From Chloroflexota bacterium (GTDB taxonomy: Bacteria > Chloroflexota > Anaerolineae > Anaerolineales > UBA11858): 64,000 nt of DNA. The stretch spans positions 24,938-88,937 of the forward strand of contig VGOC01000003.1 in the NCBI GenBank assembly GCA_016865865.1, in the 5' to 3' direction. The translations under genes and the position numbers were made by a program. Below are positions 46,206 to 55,824 of the stretch, piece by piece. Each line of letters starts with the position of its first letter. Position 1 is the stretch's first letter. The notes beneath the pieces were generated by a model that had not been told where the DNA came from, did no database searches, and saw nothing but the letters and a program-made list of their open reading frames with translations.

Positions 46206-48692
46206 TCAACTAATATCTCCGCTTCCACTGCTCCAGAAGCGTTTCAAAGCAGCAGCGAGCTGCTGGTGTTCGTCATGAGTCAGATCAGGGTCATCTTGGA
46301 ATAATCTCTGGGCGTGATGTCGGGCCTTCTGGATCAGTTCCACATCGGTCAGACTTGCCAGGCGCAGTTTGGCGTAACCAGCTTGCCTTGCGCCCAAGAA
46401 ATCACCCGGGCCGCGCTGATCTAGATCGCGTTCGGCCAGCACGAAGCCATCGTTGGTCTCTGCCATGGCTTGCAGGCGTTCGCTTTCGATAGCATCCGCT
46501 TTGCCAGGGATCAACAGACAAAAAGCCCTGGCCTTGCCCCTCCCTACCCGGCCGCGGAATTGATGTAACTGCGCCAACCCGAAGCGATGTGCGCCTTCGA
46601 TCAGCATCACTGTGGCGTTGGGGATATCCAGGCCCACTTCTACTACCGAGGTGGATACCAGGGCATGGAATTCGCCATCGCGAAACCTGGTCATCACAGC
46701 TTCTTTTTCGGATGGTGTCAACCGCCCGTGCAGCAATCCCAGCTTGAGATCGGGGAAGATCTCCTTTTGCAGATGGGCATGTTCTTCGACAGCGGCCTTC
46801 TCTTCGGATTCATCGCTTTCTTCGACCAGGGGATAGATGATAAAGGCCTGGTGCCCGGCCTCGACCTGCCGGCGGATTAAAGTATAGGCGCGCTCGCGTT
46901 CCTTTGGATAGAGCACGTAGGTATCCACCGTCTGGCGCCCGGGAGGCATTTCGTCAATGACCGACAGGTCCAGGTCGCCGTAGACCGTTAGCGCCAGCGA
47001 GCGCGGGATGGGGGTGGCCGTCATCACCATCAGGTGAGGGTTCGTCCCTTTGGCTCGTAAAGCGGCGCGCTGCCTGACGCCGAAGCGATGCTGTTCGTCA
47101 ATGATAGCCAGTTGGAGATCGTGGAATTCCACCGGGTCTTCGATCAGGGCGTGAGTGCCAATCACAAGGCTGATATCCCCCGAAGCCAGCCCGGCGCGGA
47201 TTTCGATCTTTTCGCTTTCTGAAGTCGCGCCGATCATCAGACGAATCTGTTCGGGACTCAGCGGCCCGCCATTCGTGGCGAGAATCTGTAGCAGGGTATG
47301 GTAGTGCTGTTCAGCCAGGATGCTGGTCGGCGCCATCAAGGCCGCCTGCGACCCCTGGTCGCAAACCAGGGCGATGGCTAAAGCGGCGATGATCGTTTTA
47401 CCCGATCCGACATCTCCCTGGATCAGGCGATTCATAGGATGCCCGGAGGCCAGGTCGGTCATCACTTCATCGAGGGCGCGTTGTTGGGCCGATGTCAGTG
47501 CGAAAGGCAGCTTCTGCAATTGCCTCTCCAGCCAGCCTGCTTCCATTCGAAAAATACTGGCGGTTTGCTGAGACCAATTGACTTTTTGCTGCAAGACGCC
47601 CAGTTGGAGCAAGAAGATCTCATCGAAGGAGAGACGATGGCGGGCGCTCTTGAGTTGTTCCCAGGAAGTGGGGAAGTGGATTTGTTCCAACGCCGGTGAT
47701 AGATCCATCAGGCCGGCTTCGGCGCGCAATGATGCAGGCACAGGGTCGAGCACCCGGGGGGCCCAGTCTGTGATCACGGCGTATATCTTATTGCGCAGCC
47801 ATTTCTGGGTGATCCTGGCGGTCAGCGGATAGACAGGGACGATCCCCTCGGAGATGAGATTTTTCTTCTCGACCGGGGACCAATCGGGGTTGTTCATCGT
47901 CAGCCGGCCCAGGTATTGGTCGGTCTGTCCGGAGATGACAACTTGCATCCCTGGTTGTAATTGTTTCGTGATCCAGGGCTGGTTGAACCATGTCACCCGT
48001 ATCGAAGCGCTGCCATCATTGATGATCGCCTCGACGAGTTTCGTGCCGCCGCCGCGTGTATCTCGTGCGCTGACCGATTTGACAGTGCCGATCACGCTGA
48101 CTTTTTCCCCGTATCCCAAACGGTTGATGGGCTTCATTTGGGAATAGTCGTCGTAGCGATGGGGGAAATGGTAGAGCATATCGCCCAGGGTGTGGATTCC
48201 CAGGTTCTCCAGGGTTTGGGCATAGGCAGGCCCGATGTGTTTCAGGGTAGTGACATGCGCGTTGAGATCGGCGCCTGCCCCGGGGGGGAATTGCGGACGG
48301 GGCCTTGGGGTGGCTGCCGGCCCTGGGGTTTCTGCTGCCACCCCAGAGGGAGTCGGCTCAACCGTCTCCTTGGGGGTGGGCTGTTCCTCTTGCGCTGGTT
48401 CCTCTTGGGGCTTGATCTCCTCCTCGGGCGGCTCTCCTTCCCCCAGCTCCCTTTGGATGCGCTTCCACAAACCAAAGAGGGTCTCTTTGCGGGATTCTAC
48501 GCTCAAGCGATGATAATCCCTGAGGCGAGTAGTGACAGCCTGGATGATGGCCTCTGGCAGGCTGTCGGCGCGCGCTTCCATTGACCAGGGGTCGAGCATG
48601 CGTTCCAACCCCCCGATGACGGCGCTATTGTCATAGCCGTTTTTCGCTTCGAGTTTGAAGTAGTTGCGGAGTTTTTGTATCGAGGGCTTCAT
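46206..48692 (-). CDS. recG: ATP-dependent DNA helicase RecG
   Basis: Wedge/OB domain, helicase motifs GDVGSGKT, DEQHRFG and MTATPIPR, plus the C-terminal TRG region. A Pro-rich insert lies near the N-terminus. Confidence 0.95.
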   Translation of the reverse strand: MKPSIQKLRNYFKLEAKNGYDNSAVIGGLERMLDPWSMEARADSLPEAIIQAVTTRLRDYHRLSVESRKETLFGLWKRIQRELGEGEPPEEEIKPQEEPAQEEQPTPKETVEPTPSGVAAETPGPAATPRPRPQFPPGAGADLNAHVTTLKHIGPAYAQTLENLGIHTLGDMLYHFPHRYDDYSQMKPINRLGYGEKVSVIGTVKSVSARDTRGGGTKLVEAIINDGSASIRVTWFNQPWITKQLQPGMQVVISGQTDQYLGRLTMNNPDWSPVEKKNLISEGIVPVYPLTARITQKWLRNKIYAVITDWAPRVLDPVPASLRAEAGLMDLSPALEQIHFPTSWEQLKSARHRLSFDEIFLLQLGVLQQKVNWSQQTASIFRMEAGWLERQLQKLPFALTSAQQRALDEVMTDLASGHPMNRLIQGDVGSGKTIIAALAIALVCDQGSQAALMAPTSILAEQHYHTLLQILATNGGPLSPEQIRLMIGATSESEKIEIRAGLASGDISLVIGTHALIEDPVEFHDLQLAIIDEQHRFGVRQRAALRAKGTNPHLMVMTATPIPRSLALTVYGDLDLSVIDEMPPGRQTVDTYVLYPKERERAYTLIRRQVEAGHQAFIIYPLVEESDESEEKAAVEEHAHLQKEIFPDLKLGLLHGRLTPSEKEAVMTRFRDGEFHALVSTSVVEVGLDIPNATVMLIEGAHRFGLAQLHQFRGRVGRGKARAFCLLIPGKADAIESERLQAMAETNDGFVLAERDLDQRGPGDFLGARQAGYAKLRLASLTDVELIQKARHHAQRLFQDDPDLTHDEHQQLAAALKRFWSSGSGDIS

Positions 48693-48716
48693 TGAGTGTA
48701 TTGTACCAGTTCGTCG

Positions 48717-49547
48717 TCATTTCAACACCGCAGCGATGCCCAGGCCGTTGACCCCCACATGGACGCCGATCACAGGGGTGACGTTCACGATATGGGGCGA
48801 CGTGGACAGGTCAAGGTTCAGATCAGCGAGCAGTTGTCGGGCATCGGCTTCGGCGTTGCTGTGCAGGATGGCCAAACGTTCCAGCTTGCCCAATTTTCGG
48901 ATGAGTTCTTCGAGATGCGCGATGCCTTTGCGTCGCGTGCGTGCCTGCCCCAGGTTCAGTACCGCCCCATCCAGGACTTCTACGAAGAGTTTGATATTCA
49001 GAAGCGACCCGATTCTGGCCGTCAGCCAGGAAACGCGCCCGCTTCGGCGGATATTTTCGAGCGTGTCTAGCATGGCGATCACGCGGATCTTGTCTCGAAC
49101 AGCCTGGAGGTGGTGGATGATCTTCTCTACAGATAGACTCTGGGTGACCGCTTCGGCAGCCGCGATGACCTGGAATCCTAACCCCATCGAGACCGATCTG
49201 CTATCGAAGATGTGCACCCTCTCGCCAAAAGCTTGCGCGGCCATTTTGGCCGTGTTGTACATGCCGCTGAGTTGACTGGCAACGTGCAGAGATAAGATCG
49301 CCTGAGCGCCTTCCTGGAATAATCTTTCGTAAGCGGAGTGGAATGCTCCGGATGAAGGCGCGGCGGTTGTGGGCAGAGTCTCTAACGTGGGCAATTTTTC
49401 GTAGAACTCGCCGCGGGAGATGTCCTTTCCATCTACCAGGCTTTTGCCTTCCATCACGATGATGGCTGGGATGACTTCTATCTGATGCTGCGCGACGATT
49501 TCAGGGGGGACATCGGCGGTGCTGTCGGTGACAATACCAATTCGCAT
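48717..49547 (-). CDS. DegV family fatty-acid-binding protein
   Basis: ORF trimmed to MRIGIVTDSTADVP (aa 19), because upstream codons fall in a hairpin repeat. Confidence 0.9.
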   Translation of the reverse strand: MRIGIVTDSTADVPPEIVAQHQIEVIPAIIVMEGKSLVDGKDISRGEFYEKLPTLETLPTTAAPSSGAFHSAYERLFQEGAQAILSLHVASQLSGMYNTAKMAAQAFGERVHIFDSRSVSMGLGFQVIAAAEAVTQSLSVEKIIHHLQAVRDKIRVIAMLDTLENIRRSGRVSWLTARIGSLLNIKLFVEVLDGAVLNLGQARTRRKGIAHLEELIRKLGKLERLAILHSNAEADARQLLADLNLDLSTSPHIVNVTPVIGVHVGVNGLGIAAVLK

Positions 49548-49560
49548 GGTTGCTCCAGGG

Positions 49561-49612
49561 TGTAGAAAAGGTGGGGGCGCTTTCCACAAAGCGCCCCCCA
49601 CCTTTTCTACGA
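49561..49612. repeat. Perfect 22-bp-stem hairpin between the yloV-like and degV genes
   Basis: GTAGAAAAGGTGGGGGCGCTTT-CCACAA-AGCGCCCCCCACCTTTTCTAC. Confidence 0.75.
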
Positions 49613-49616
49613 TGGT

Positions 49617-51305
49617 TTATTCGATCGAGATGATGAACTGGTAGTGAGGCTGCCCGCCGTATTGGACTTCGATTTCGTGGTCGGGGTATTTTTCTCGGAT
49701 CACATCGGCGACGCGAAAGGCCTCCGTCTTCGGCAGATCCACGCCATAGAACAGGGTGATGAGTTCATAATCCTCTATATCTGCTTTTTCCAGGAAACCC
49801 AGGCAGGCATCTTGCAGGTCGTCTGACGAGAGAATCAGTTTGCCATTGTGCAGGACGATGATCTCGCCCTCTTCGACAGAGACGCCGTCTATCTCGACGC
49901 TGCGGGTGGCGGTTGTGATTTCGCCAGTCTGCACATCATCGAGGGCGGAGGTCATGTCCTGGACGACAGCATCGAAATCCCCGTCGGGGACCAGGCGCAG
50001 CAGGGCGCTCAATCCCTGTGGGACGGAGCGGCTGGGGATCACAGCAGTTTGTTTGACAGTCACCTCGGTGGCTGCCCTGGCGGCCAGGATGATGTTCTTG
50101 TTATTGGGCAGGATGATGATTTTATCTGTGGGTAGGTTCTCGAAAGCGTGCAGGATATCCTGTGTGCTGGGGTTCATGGTCTGCCCGCCTTCGACGATGG
50201 CAGCAGCTCCCAGGCTGGCGAAGACATTGGCGATCCCTTGCCCTGGGGATATACTGACGACGGCGATCTGGCCTGGCTCCACGGGCGCCAGTTTCAATGG
50301 CTGAGTCTGACGGTCGCGTTCGATATCGCCTATCTGCGCGAGCAGGTTCTCCATGTGAACTTTCGTGATCGTACCCACGGTCATGGTGTAATCAATGGGT
50401 TCGTAGCGCTTCTCGGTGGGCACGTGGATGTGCATGCGGTACATGCCATCGCCCTCGCCGATCTGGATAGATGTGCCCATCTCTTCGAGAGCGCCGAAAT
50501 ATTTTTCGAGCACCAGCGGCTTATCGGGACGGAAATCAATCACCACTTCGTAATCTTGCCCCGGCTCCACGGTTTGCATGGCGCCTTCGAGTTTGATCGC
50601 CGATAAGGGTTGTACTGTTGCGACCGCTGTATCCAGGGACATGCCCTTGGAAAACCGCAACATCCCCTCCAAAATAAAGAACAGACCTTTGCCGCCTGCA
50701 TCCACCACGCCGGCGTCTTTGAGAACATCCAGCAGTTCGGGGGTATACTCCACCGAAGCATCTGCCGCCTCTACGACAATCTCCAGGATTTCGAAGGGAT
50801 CGCTGGTGATTGCGAGGGCTGCTTTCGCCGCTGCGGCGATATCTTTGGCTACTGTGAGGATGGTTCCTTCGACTGGGCGCACCACGCCTTTATAGGCGGT
50901 ATCCCGCGCTGTGGCAAAGGCATTGGCCAGGGTCTGTCCGTTGATGACATCCTGTCCATCCAGCGCCCGGGCGAAACCTCGCCAGAGCTGCGAGAGGATC
51001 ACCCCTGAGTTCCCGCGCGCTCCCATCAGGGCGCCTTGGGCCAGGTCGTTGGCTACTTCCCCCACTCGGAACTTGGGGGTATTCTCGATTTCGTCATAGG
51101 CCGATTGCATGGTCAGCACCATATTGGTGCCAGTATCGCCATCGGGTACGGGGAAGACATTCAGGGCATTGACGATCTCGTGGTTTGTACGCAGCCAGGT
51201 AAGCGCTGCAGAAGTCAAATTCTTGAGGGCAAGTCCATCGATGGGTTGCTGGCGGATCTTCTCTGCGAATTCGGGCGATCCTTCGGGCTGAGGGGGCGTG
51301 GTCAT
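49617..51305 (-). CDS. DAK2 domain-containing protein (YloV family)
   Basis: NVFPVPDGDTGTNM Dak2 motif with the C-terminal YloV-type extension, 562 aa. Confidence 0.9.
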   Translation of the reverse strand: MTTPPQPEGSPEFAEKIRQQPIDGLALKNLTSAALTWLRTNHEIVNALNVFPVPDGDTGTNMVLTMQSAYDEIENTPKFRVGEVANDLAQGALMGARGNSGVILSQLWRGFARALDGQDVINGQTLANAFATARDTAYKGVVRPVEGTILTVAKDIAAAAKAALAITSDPFEILEIVVEAADASVEYTPELLDVLKDAGVVDAGGKGLFFILEGMLRFSKGMSLDTAVATVQPLSAIKLEGAMQTVEPGQDYEVVIDFRPDKPLVLEKYFGALEEMGTSIQIGEGDGMYRMHIHVPTEKRYEPIDYTMTVGTITKVHMENLLAQIGDIERDRQTQPLKLAPVEPGQIAVVSISPGQGIANVFASLGAAAIVEGGQTMNPSTQDILHAFENLPTDKIIILPNNKNIILAARAATEVTVKQTAVIPSRSVPQGLSALLRLVPDGDFDAVVQDMTSALDDVQTGEITTATRSVEIDGVSVEEGEIIVLHNGKLILSSDDLQDACLGFLEKADIEDYELITLFYGVDLPKTEAFRVADVIREKYPDHEIEVQYGGQPHYQFIISIE

Positions 51306-51317
51306 GTATGATAACTC

Positions 51318-51668
51318 CTAGTCGCTGATGCGTAGACCCTGCACATGGACATTGATCTCGTTGATCGGCACCCCCATCGCTTTTTCCACCTGGTAGCGGA
51401 CAGTGTTCGCAACGCTGGTCGCCACAGATTTGATCCGCGTTCCGTACTCGATGATGATATACATATCTATGTTGATATGCTCATCGGTGAAATGGACATC
51501 TACGCCGTGGGTGGGGTCTTTGGCCAGGATAGAGGTGATCCCGTCTACAACGCTCTTCGACGCCATACCCACGACCCCATAGGATCGTAATGCGGATTGA
51601 TATGCAATGGTAGCAATGGCTTGCGGCGAAACGTGAATACTTCCTATTTGAGTTGTTTCGTTGGTCAT
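51318..51668 (-). CDS. Asp23/Gls24 family envelope-stress protein (YloU-like)
   Basis: 116 aa. IHVSPQAIATIAYQSALRSYGVVGM...INVHVQGL is typical of Asp23. Confidence 0.9.
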   Translation of the reverse strand: MTNETTQIGSIHVSPQAIATIAYQSALRSYGVVGMASKSVVDGITSILAKDPTHGVDVHFTDEHINIDMYIIIEYGTRIKSVATSVANTVRYQVEKAMGVPINEINVHVQGLRISD

Positions 51669-51838
51669 AATATGCTCGCTTGAAAGAGATGAGTTTATGT
51701 GGTAATATTTTGCGGCTTGGTAGGTAATTATAATACGTATGTCGGTTGAAAGCTCAATCCACGAAGGTGGATTTCGTGCGCCAGCCTCGAATTCATTCGA
51801 TGGTTGAGCAATTACACAATTCGAAAGGAATTGATGAA

Positions 51839-52021
51839 ATGGCAGTTTGCGAAAGTTGTGGAAAAAGGACCGCCTTTGGTCGTAATGTTCCCTGGTCCAA
51901 GAAGTCTACACGGCGTCAATTCAAACCGAACATTCAAAAAGTTTCGGTTTACGAGAATGGCCGTAAAGTTCAAAAGACCTTGTGTACTCGCTGTCTTCGC
52001 GCTTCGGTGAAGACTGATTGA
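51839..52021 (+). CDS. rpmB: 50S ribosomal protein L28
   Basis: ORF trimmed to MAVCESCGKRTAFGRNVPWSKKSTRRQFKPNIQKV... (60 aa). Confidence 0.9.
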   Translation: MAVCESCGKRTAFGRNVPWSKKSTRRQFKPNIQKVSVYENGRKVQKTLCTRCLRASVKTD

Positions 52022-52046
52022 ACGATTGGAATTGTCTCGATTGCAT

Positions 52047-52088
52047 TTCTGGGCTTTGACGAGGAACCACGCTCATCAAAGCCCAGAA
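52047..52088. terminator. Hairpin between the convergent rpmB and kinase genes (probable bidirectional terminator)
   Basis: TTCTGGGCTTTGA...TCAAAGCCCAGAA forms a 13-bp stem, followed by TGTTT. Confidence 0.55.
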
Positions 52089-52169
52089 TGTTTAACACGA
52101 TAAACTCTTCGGCGTTCTGTGGATGCGGCAAGATGATCCCCATCGGTATCAGCAGATGGCCAGGAAGAT

Positions 52170-53237
52170 CTACCGTAGGGCAGAGAAGTAGATCCACAGC
52201 CAGAAAGGCGCCAGGCCGCTGACTGAGATCAAGGTTATCAGCCCTAAGAAAGCCGTAGCCCAGTCTATATCGAGGCCATCCCTCCTCAGGATGGGCGCTC
52301 TCAGGGTTGGGGGAAGGGTAGTTAGCGGGGTTGGAATTGGAGCTGGGCGGGCAGGTTGAGGGGCTGGCTGTTGCTGCGGGGTTGGGATAGCCCTTTCAGG
52401 AGCCTGGGGCTGTTCCTTTTGCTTGGAAAACGTGATCAACACCCGTCCCAATTGATCTGCGGTGCGGTAGCGCGCCGCAGGTTCTTTGGAGAGAACTTTC
52501 AGGATGATGCGATTCAAGTTCTCGCTGATCGTCGGTCGGATTTCACGAGGAGGTCGCGGCGTCATCTCTCGGTGCATTCGCGCCAGCTCGTTGCCATTGT
52601 CTGCAATAAAGGGCAGTTGTCCCACGAGCACTTCGTAGAGGACCACCCCCAAACTATAGACATCAGAGGCTGGAGAAGGGGATTTCCCGCTGGCCTGTTC
52701 GGGAGAAAAATATTGCGGCGACCCCCACACAATTTGGGTGCGTTCCTCGGGTCGGATGGAAGCCAGGGCGCGGGCGATGCCGAAATCGGTCACTTTGAGG
52801 CGCCGGTCTGGGGTGACCAGCATGTTTTGGGGTTTGACATCGCAATGCACCAGCCCGGCTCGATGGGCATAGCCAACTCCGGCGCAGGCCTGAACGAGCA
52901 AGGAAATCCCCGAGTCGATGGAAAACCGTCCCCGCTTTTCGATCAGCTCTTTGAGCGTGGCGCCGGGAACGAACTCCATGACAATGAAAATACGCCCCTG
53001 GTCAATACCAAAATCGTGAACGGTGACGATATTGGGGTGAGCAAGGTTGGCGGCTGCTTTGGCTTCCTGGCGGAAGCGTTCCCTGAAGGCCGGGTCGTTG
53101 GAATAATCCTTACGCAGGATTTTTATCGCTACCGTCCGCTCCAGCATCAGGTCACGGGCTTTGTAGATCACAGCCATGCCCCCGCTGCCCAGGCGTTCTT
53201 CCAATTGATAGCGTTTGTTGAGAAGCGTGCTGGTCAT
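52170..53237 (-). CDS. Hanks-type Ser/Thr protein kinase with a Pro-rich linker and a C-terminal TM anchor
   Basis: GSGGMAVIYKA, VAIK, HCDVKPQN, DFGIA and SPEQ subdomains. C-terminal helix ATAFLGLITLISVSGLAPFWLWIYF. Confidence 0.95.
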   Translation of the reverse strand: MTSTLLNKRYQLEERLGSGGMAVIYKARDLMLERTVAIKILRKDYSNDPAFRERFRQEAKAAANLAHPNIVTVHDFGIDQGRIFIVMEFVPGATLKELIEKRGRFSIDSGISLLVQACAGVGYAHRAGLVHCDVKPQNMLVTPDRRLKVTDFGIARALASIRPEERTQIVWGSPQYFSPEQASGKSPSPASDVYSLGVVLYEVLVGQLPFIADNGNELARMHREMTPRPPREIRPTISENLNRIILKVLSKEPAARYRTADQLGRVLITFSKQKEQPQAPERAIPTPQQQPAPQPARPAPIPTPLTTLPPTLRAPILRRDGLDIDWATAFLGLITLISVSGLAPFWLWIYFSALR

Positions 53238-53282
53238 GGGTTGTGTTTCCTTTGTCCTTTCGGGTAGAATTGTACCATTCTT

Positions 53283-54227
53283 ATGTCAAACGCCCTCATT
53301 GTTTACAACCCTGCTGCAGGACGCTTTCCCTCCCGCATGTTGACTGAGCGGGCGGCGGAAGTGTTGCGCGCGCAGGGGTGGCAAATTCATTTGGAAGAGA
53401 CCCATGGCGGGCTTCATATCACAGCATTAGCCCGTCAGGCCGTCCAACAAAACCTGGATGCCTTCTTCATTGCCGGAGGAGATGGTTCGCTCAATTACGC
53501 TGTTTCCGGGCTTTGGGGGAGTGATACCGCCCTGGGTGTGCTCCCGGCAGGGACGGCCAATGTGTGGGCAAAGGAACTGGGTTTGCCCGACCTGAGCTGG
53601 ACGCGCTGGATGGCCCTCGAGGAGAGCGCTCGGCGTCTGGGTACTGCATCTGTGCGCGAAGTTGATATCGGTTTGTGTAACGGGCATCCATTTCTGTTGT
53701 GGAGCGGAGTGGGTTTGGATGCATTTGTCGTTCATCGAATCGAGCCACGCGGCCGCTGGGAGAAAAACTTTGCCGTGGCTCAATACGCAACAACCACGCT
53801 GCGCCAGGCGTCATTGATGGGTGGGATTGACTTGCGCATCCATACCGATGGGGAAGAAGTCAGCGGGCATTTCCTGCTGGCTGTGGCAAGCAATATTCAC
53901 CTCTACGCTGGCGGGATCGCCGAGATCTCGCCATACGCCCGGCTGGATGATGGGGAGATGGATCTGTGGCTTTTTGCCGGCGATACCTGGCTCGAAGCAA
54001 TTACGCATGCCTGGGATTTGTTATATGGCCGGCACCTGGAATCTGATCGGGTACGCTGCATCCCCTTTCGACAGATTGCCTTATCGTCGGACTCGACCCT
54101 TTACATTCAGATGGATGGCGAGCCGATGGGTAGTAGCGCTGAGGTAAATATTGAAGTCCGTTCCCGGGCTTTACGGATTTTAGTTCCAGACAATGCGCCG
54201 CGCACCCTCTTTTCGGATGTGACGTAA
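53283..54227 (+). CDS. Diacylglycerol/lipid kinase family protein (YegS/DagK-like)
   Basis: IVYNPAAGR...FIAGGDGSLNYAV...LPAGTANVWA motifs, 314 aa. Confidence 0.85.
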   Translation: MSNALIVYNPAAGRFPSRMLTERAAEVLRAQGWQIHLEETHGGLHITALARQAVQQNLDAFFIAGGDGSLNYAVSGLWGSDTALGVLPAGTANVWAKELGLPDLSWTRWMALEESARRLGTASVREVDIGLCNGHPFLLWSGVGLDAFVVHRIEPRGRWEKNFAVAQYATTTLRQASLMGGIDLRIHTDGEEVSGHFLLAVASNIHLYAGGIAEISPYARLDDGEMDLWLFAGDTWLEAITHAWDLLYGRHLESDRVRCIPFRQIALSSDSTLYIQMDGEPMGSSAEVNIEVRSRALRILVPDNAPRTLFSDVT

Positions 54228-54700
54228 TGCGATTACGAAAAACACCTTTATTAGAGATTACTGGGGTCATCGCAGTCGGTTCGGGATTGCTCGTTTTGGT
54301 GTTGTTCCTGCTCGATTTGAGCCGGCCTCCCCGGACTCCTGTGGGGTTGGTCACTGTTCTATTGACCGTGATCCCTGCCCCTACGGAGACACCTGTTCCC
54401 GCAACGCCTGCCTACGAGACGCCTGTTGCAGTCCCCGATGTGCCTCCTGCGCCGGGTGATCTCACCATCGGCGCGTATGTTCAGGTAAGCGGAACAGACG
54501 GCGACGGGTTGCGTGTGAGGGAAGGGCCAGGCCTGGGGTATGAACCCCGCTTTGTTGGTCTGGAATCAGAAATATTCCAGGTCATCGAAGGCCCCCTCGA
54601 AGCGGATGGTTATGTCTGGTGGCGTCTGGCAGCGCCCTATGATCGAAATATCAGCGGATGGGCTGTGTCGAATTATTTGGAAGTTGTGGAAGAGCCGTGA
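54227..54700 (+). CDS. Membrane-anchored SH3b-domain protein
   Basis: TAATG overlap with the upstream gene. N-terminal TM, a Pro/Thr linker, then an SH3_3-like YVQVSGTDGDGLRVREGPG...GYVWWRL. Confidence 0.7.
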   Translation: MRLRKTPLLEITGVIAVGSGLLVLVLFLLDLSRPPRTPVGLVTVLLTVIPAPTETPVPATPAYETPVAVPDVPPAPGDLTIGAYVQVSGTDGDGLRVREGPGLGYEPRFVGLESEIFQVIEGPLEADGYVWWRLAAPYDRNISGWAVSNYLEVVEEP

Positions 54701-54738
54701 TACAATCGGCATTTCGTGTGCTATATTTTGGGTATGCT

Positions 54739-55824
54739 ATGAATACACTATTGATAACTGGCGGCGCGGGATTCATTGGATCGAACTTCGTTCGTTATTT
54801 GCTCAGCGTAGAACCTGGCGTTCGAATTGTAAATCTAGATGCTCTGACGTATGCTGGCAACCTGGCCAACCTGACCGATTTGCCAGCCCCTGATCGGCAT
54901 GTTTTTATCAGAGGGAATGTCTGTGACGACTCTTTGGTGCGTCGTTTGCTCCGTGAATATGATATTGATACCATAGTACACTTTGCAGCCGAAACTCACG
55001 TAGATCGTTCGATTTATGGGCCCTCCCAATTCATCCAAACGAATATCGTCGGTACATTCACTTTATTGGAAGCCGTGAAACAGTTCTGGGTGGATGAGAA
55101 AGCATTCTCGTTAGCGGACGTTCGTTTTCATCACATTTCGACGGATGAGGTCTATGGTTCGTTGGGACCAGAGGACCCCCCATTTTCCGAGACGACCCCA
55201 TACGCTCCCAATTCCCCCTATGCTGCTTCCAAGGCGTCCAGCGACCACCTGGTCCGCGCCTATGGACATACTTATGGGTTGCCTGTTTCGATCTCCAATT
55301 GCTCGAACAATTATGGGCCGCACCAGTATCCAGAGAAACTTATTCCTTTGGTGATCTTGAATGCCCTAGGAGGACAGCTTTTACCGATCTACGGGGATGG
55401 GAAACAGATTCGTGATTGGTTGTTCGTGGAGGATCATTGTGAAGCGATTTGGAAGGTTCTGGCTGCGGGGATTCCAGGCGAGACATACAATATTGGGGGA
55501 AGCACTCAGCCATCTAATATCGAGATCGTCGAGATCGTCTGCTCGATTTTGGATGAACGTTTCCCCGACTCCGCCTATGTCCCTCACAAATCTCTGATTC
55601 GATCCGTGGTTGATCGCCCCGGTCACGACCGGCGTTACGCGATCGATCATACGAAAATTAGTCGTGAACTTGGATGGCGACCGCGAGAATCGCTAGACAG
55701 TGGATTGCAGAAAACTGTAGATTGGTATCTTGCGAATACGGAATGGGTGGCGACCATATTAGATGATCCATCCTTGGAAGCCTGGATTGATAAACACTAT
55801 TCGAGAGACAGGGATATTCAATGA
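54739..55824 (+). CDS. rfbB: dTDP-glucose 4,6-dehydratase
   Basis: ORF trimmed to MNTLLITGGAGFIGSNF. STDEVYG and YAASKASSDHLV catalytic motifs. Confidence 0.95.
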   Translation: MNTLLITGGAGFIGSNFVRYLLSVEPGVRIVNLDALTYAGNLANLTDLPAPDRHVFIRGNVCDDSLVRRLLREYDIDTIVHFAAETHVDRSIYGPSQFIQTNIVGTFTLLEAVKQFWVDEKAFSLADVRFHHISTDEVYGSLGPEDPPFSETTPYAPNSPYAASKASSDHLVRAYGHTYGLPVSISNCSNNYGPHQYPEKLIPLVILNALGGQLLPIYGDGKQIRDWLFVEDHCEAIWKVLAAGIPGETYNIGGSTQPSNIEIVEIVCSILDERFPDSAYVPHKSLIRSVVDRPGHDRRYAIDHTKISRELGWRPRESLDSGLQKTVDWYLANTEWVATILDDPSLEAWIDKHYSRDRDIQ

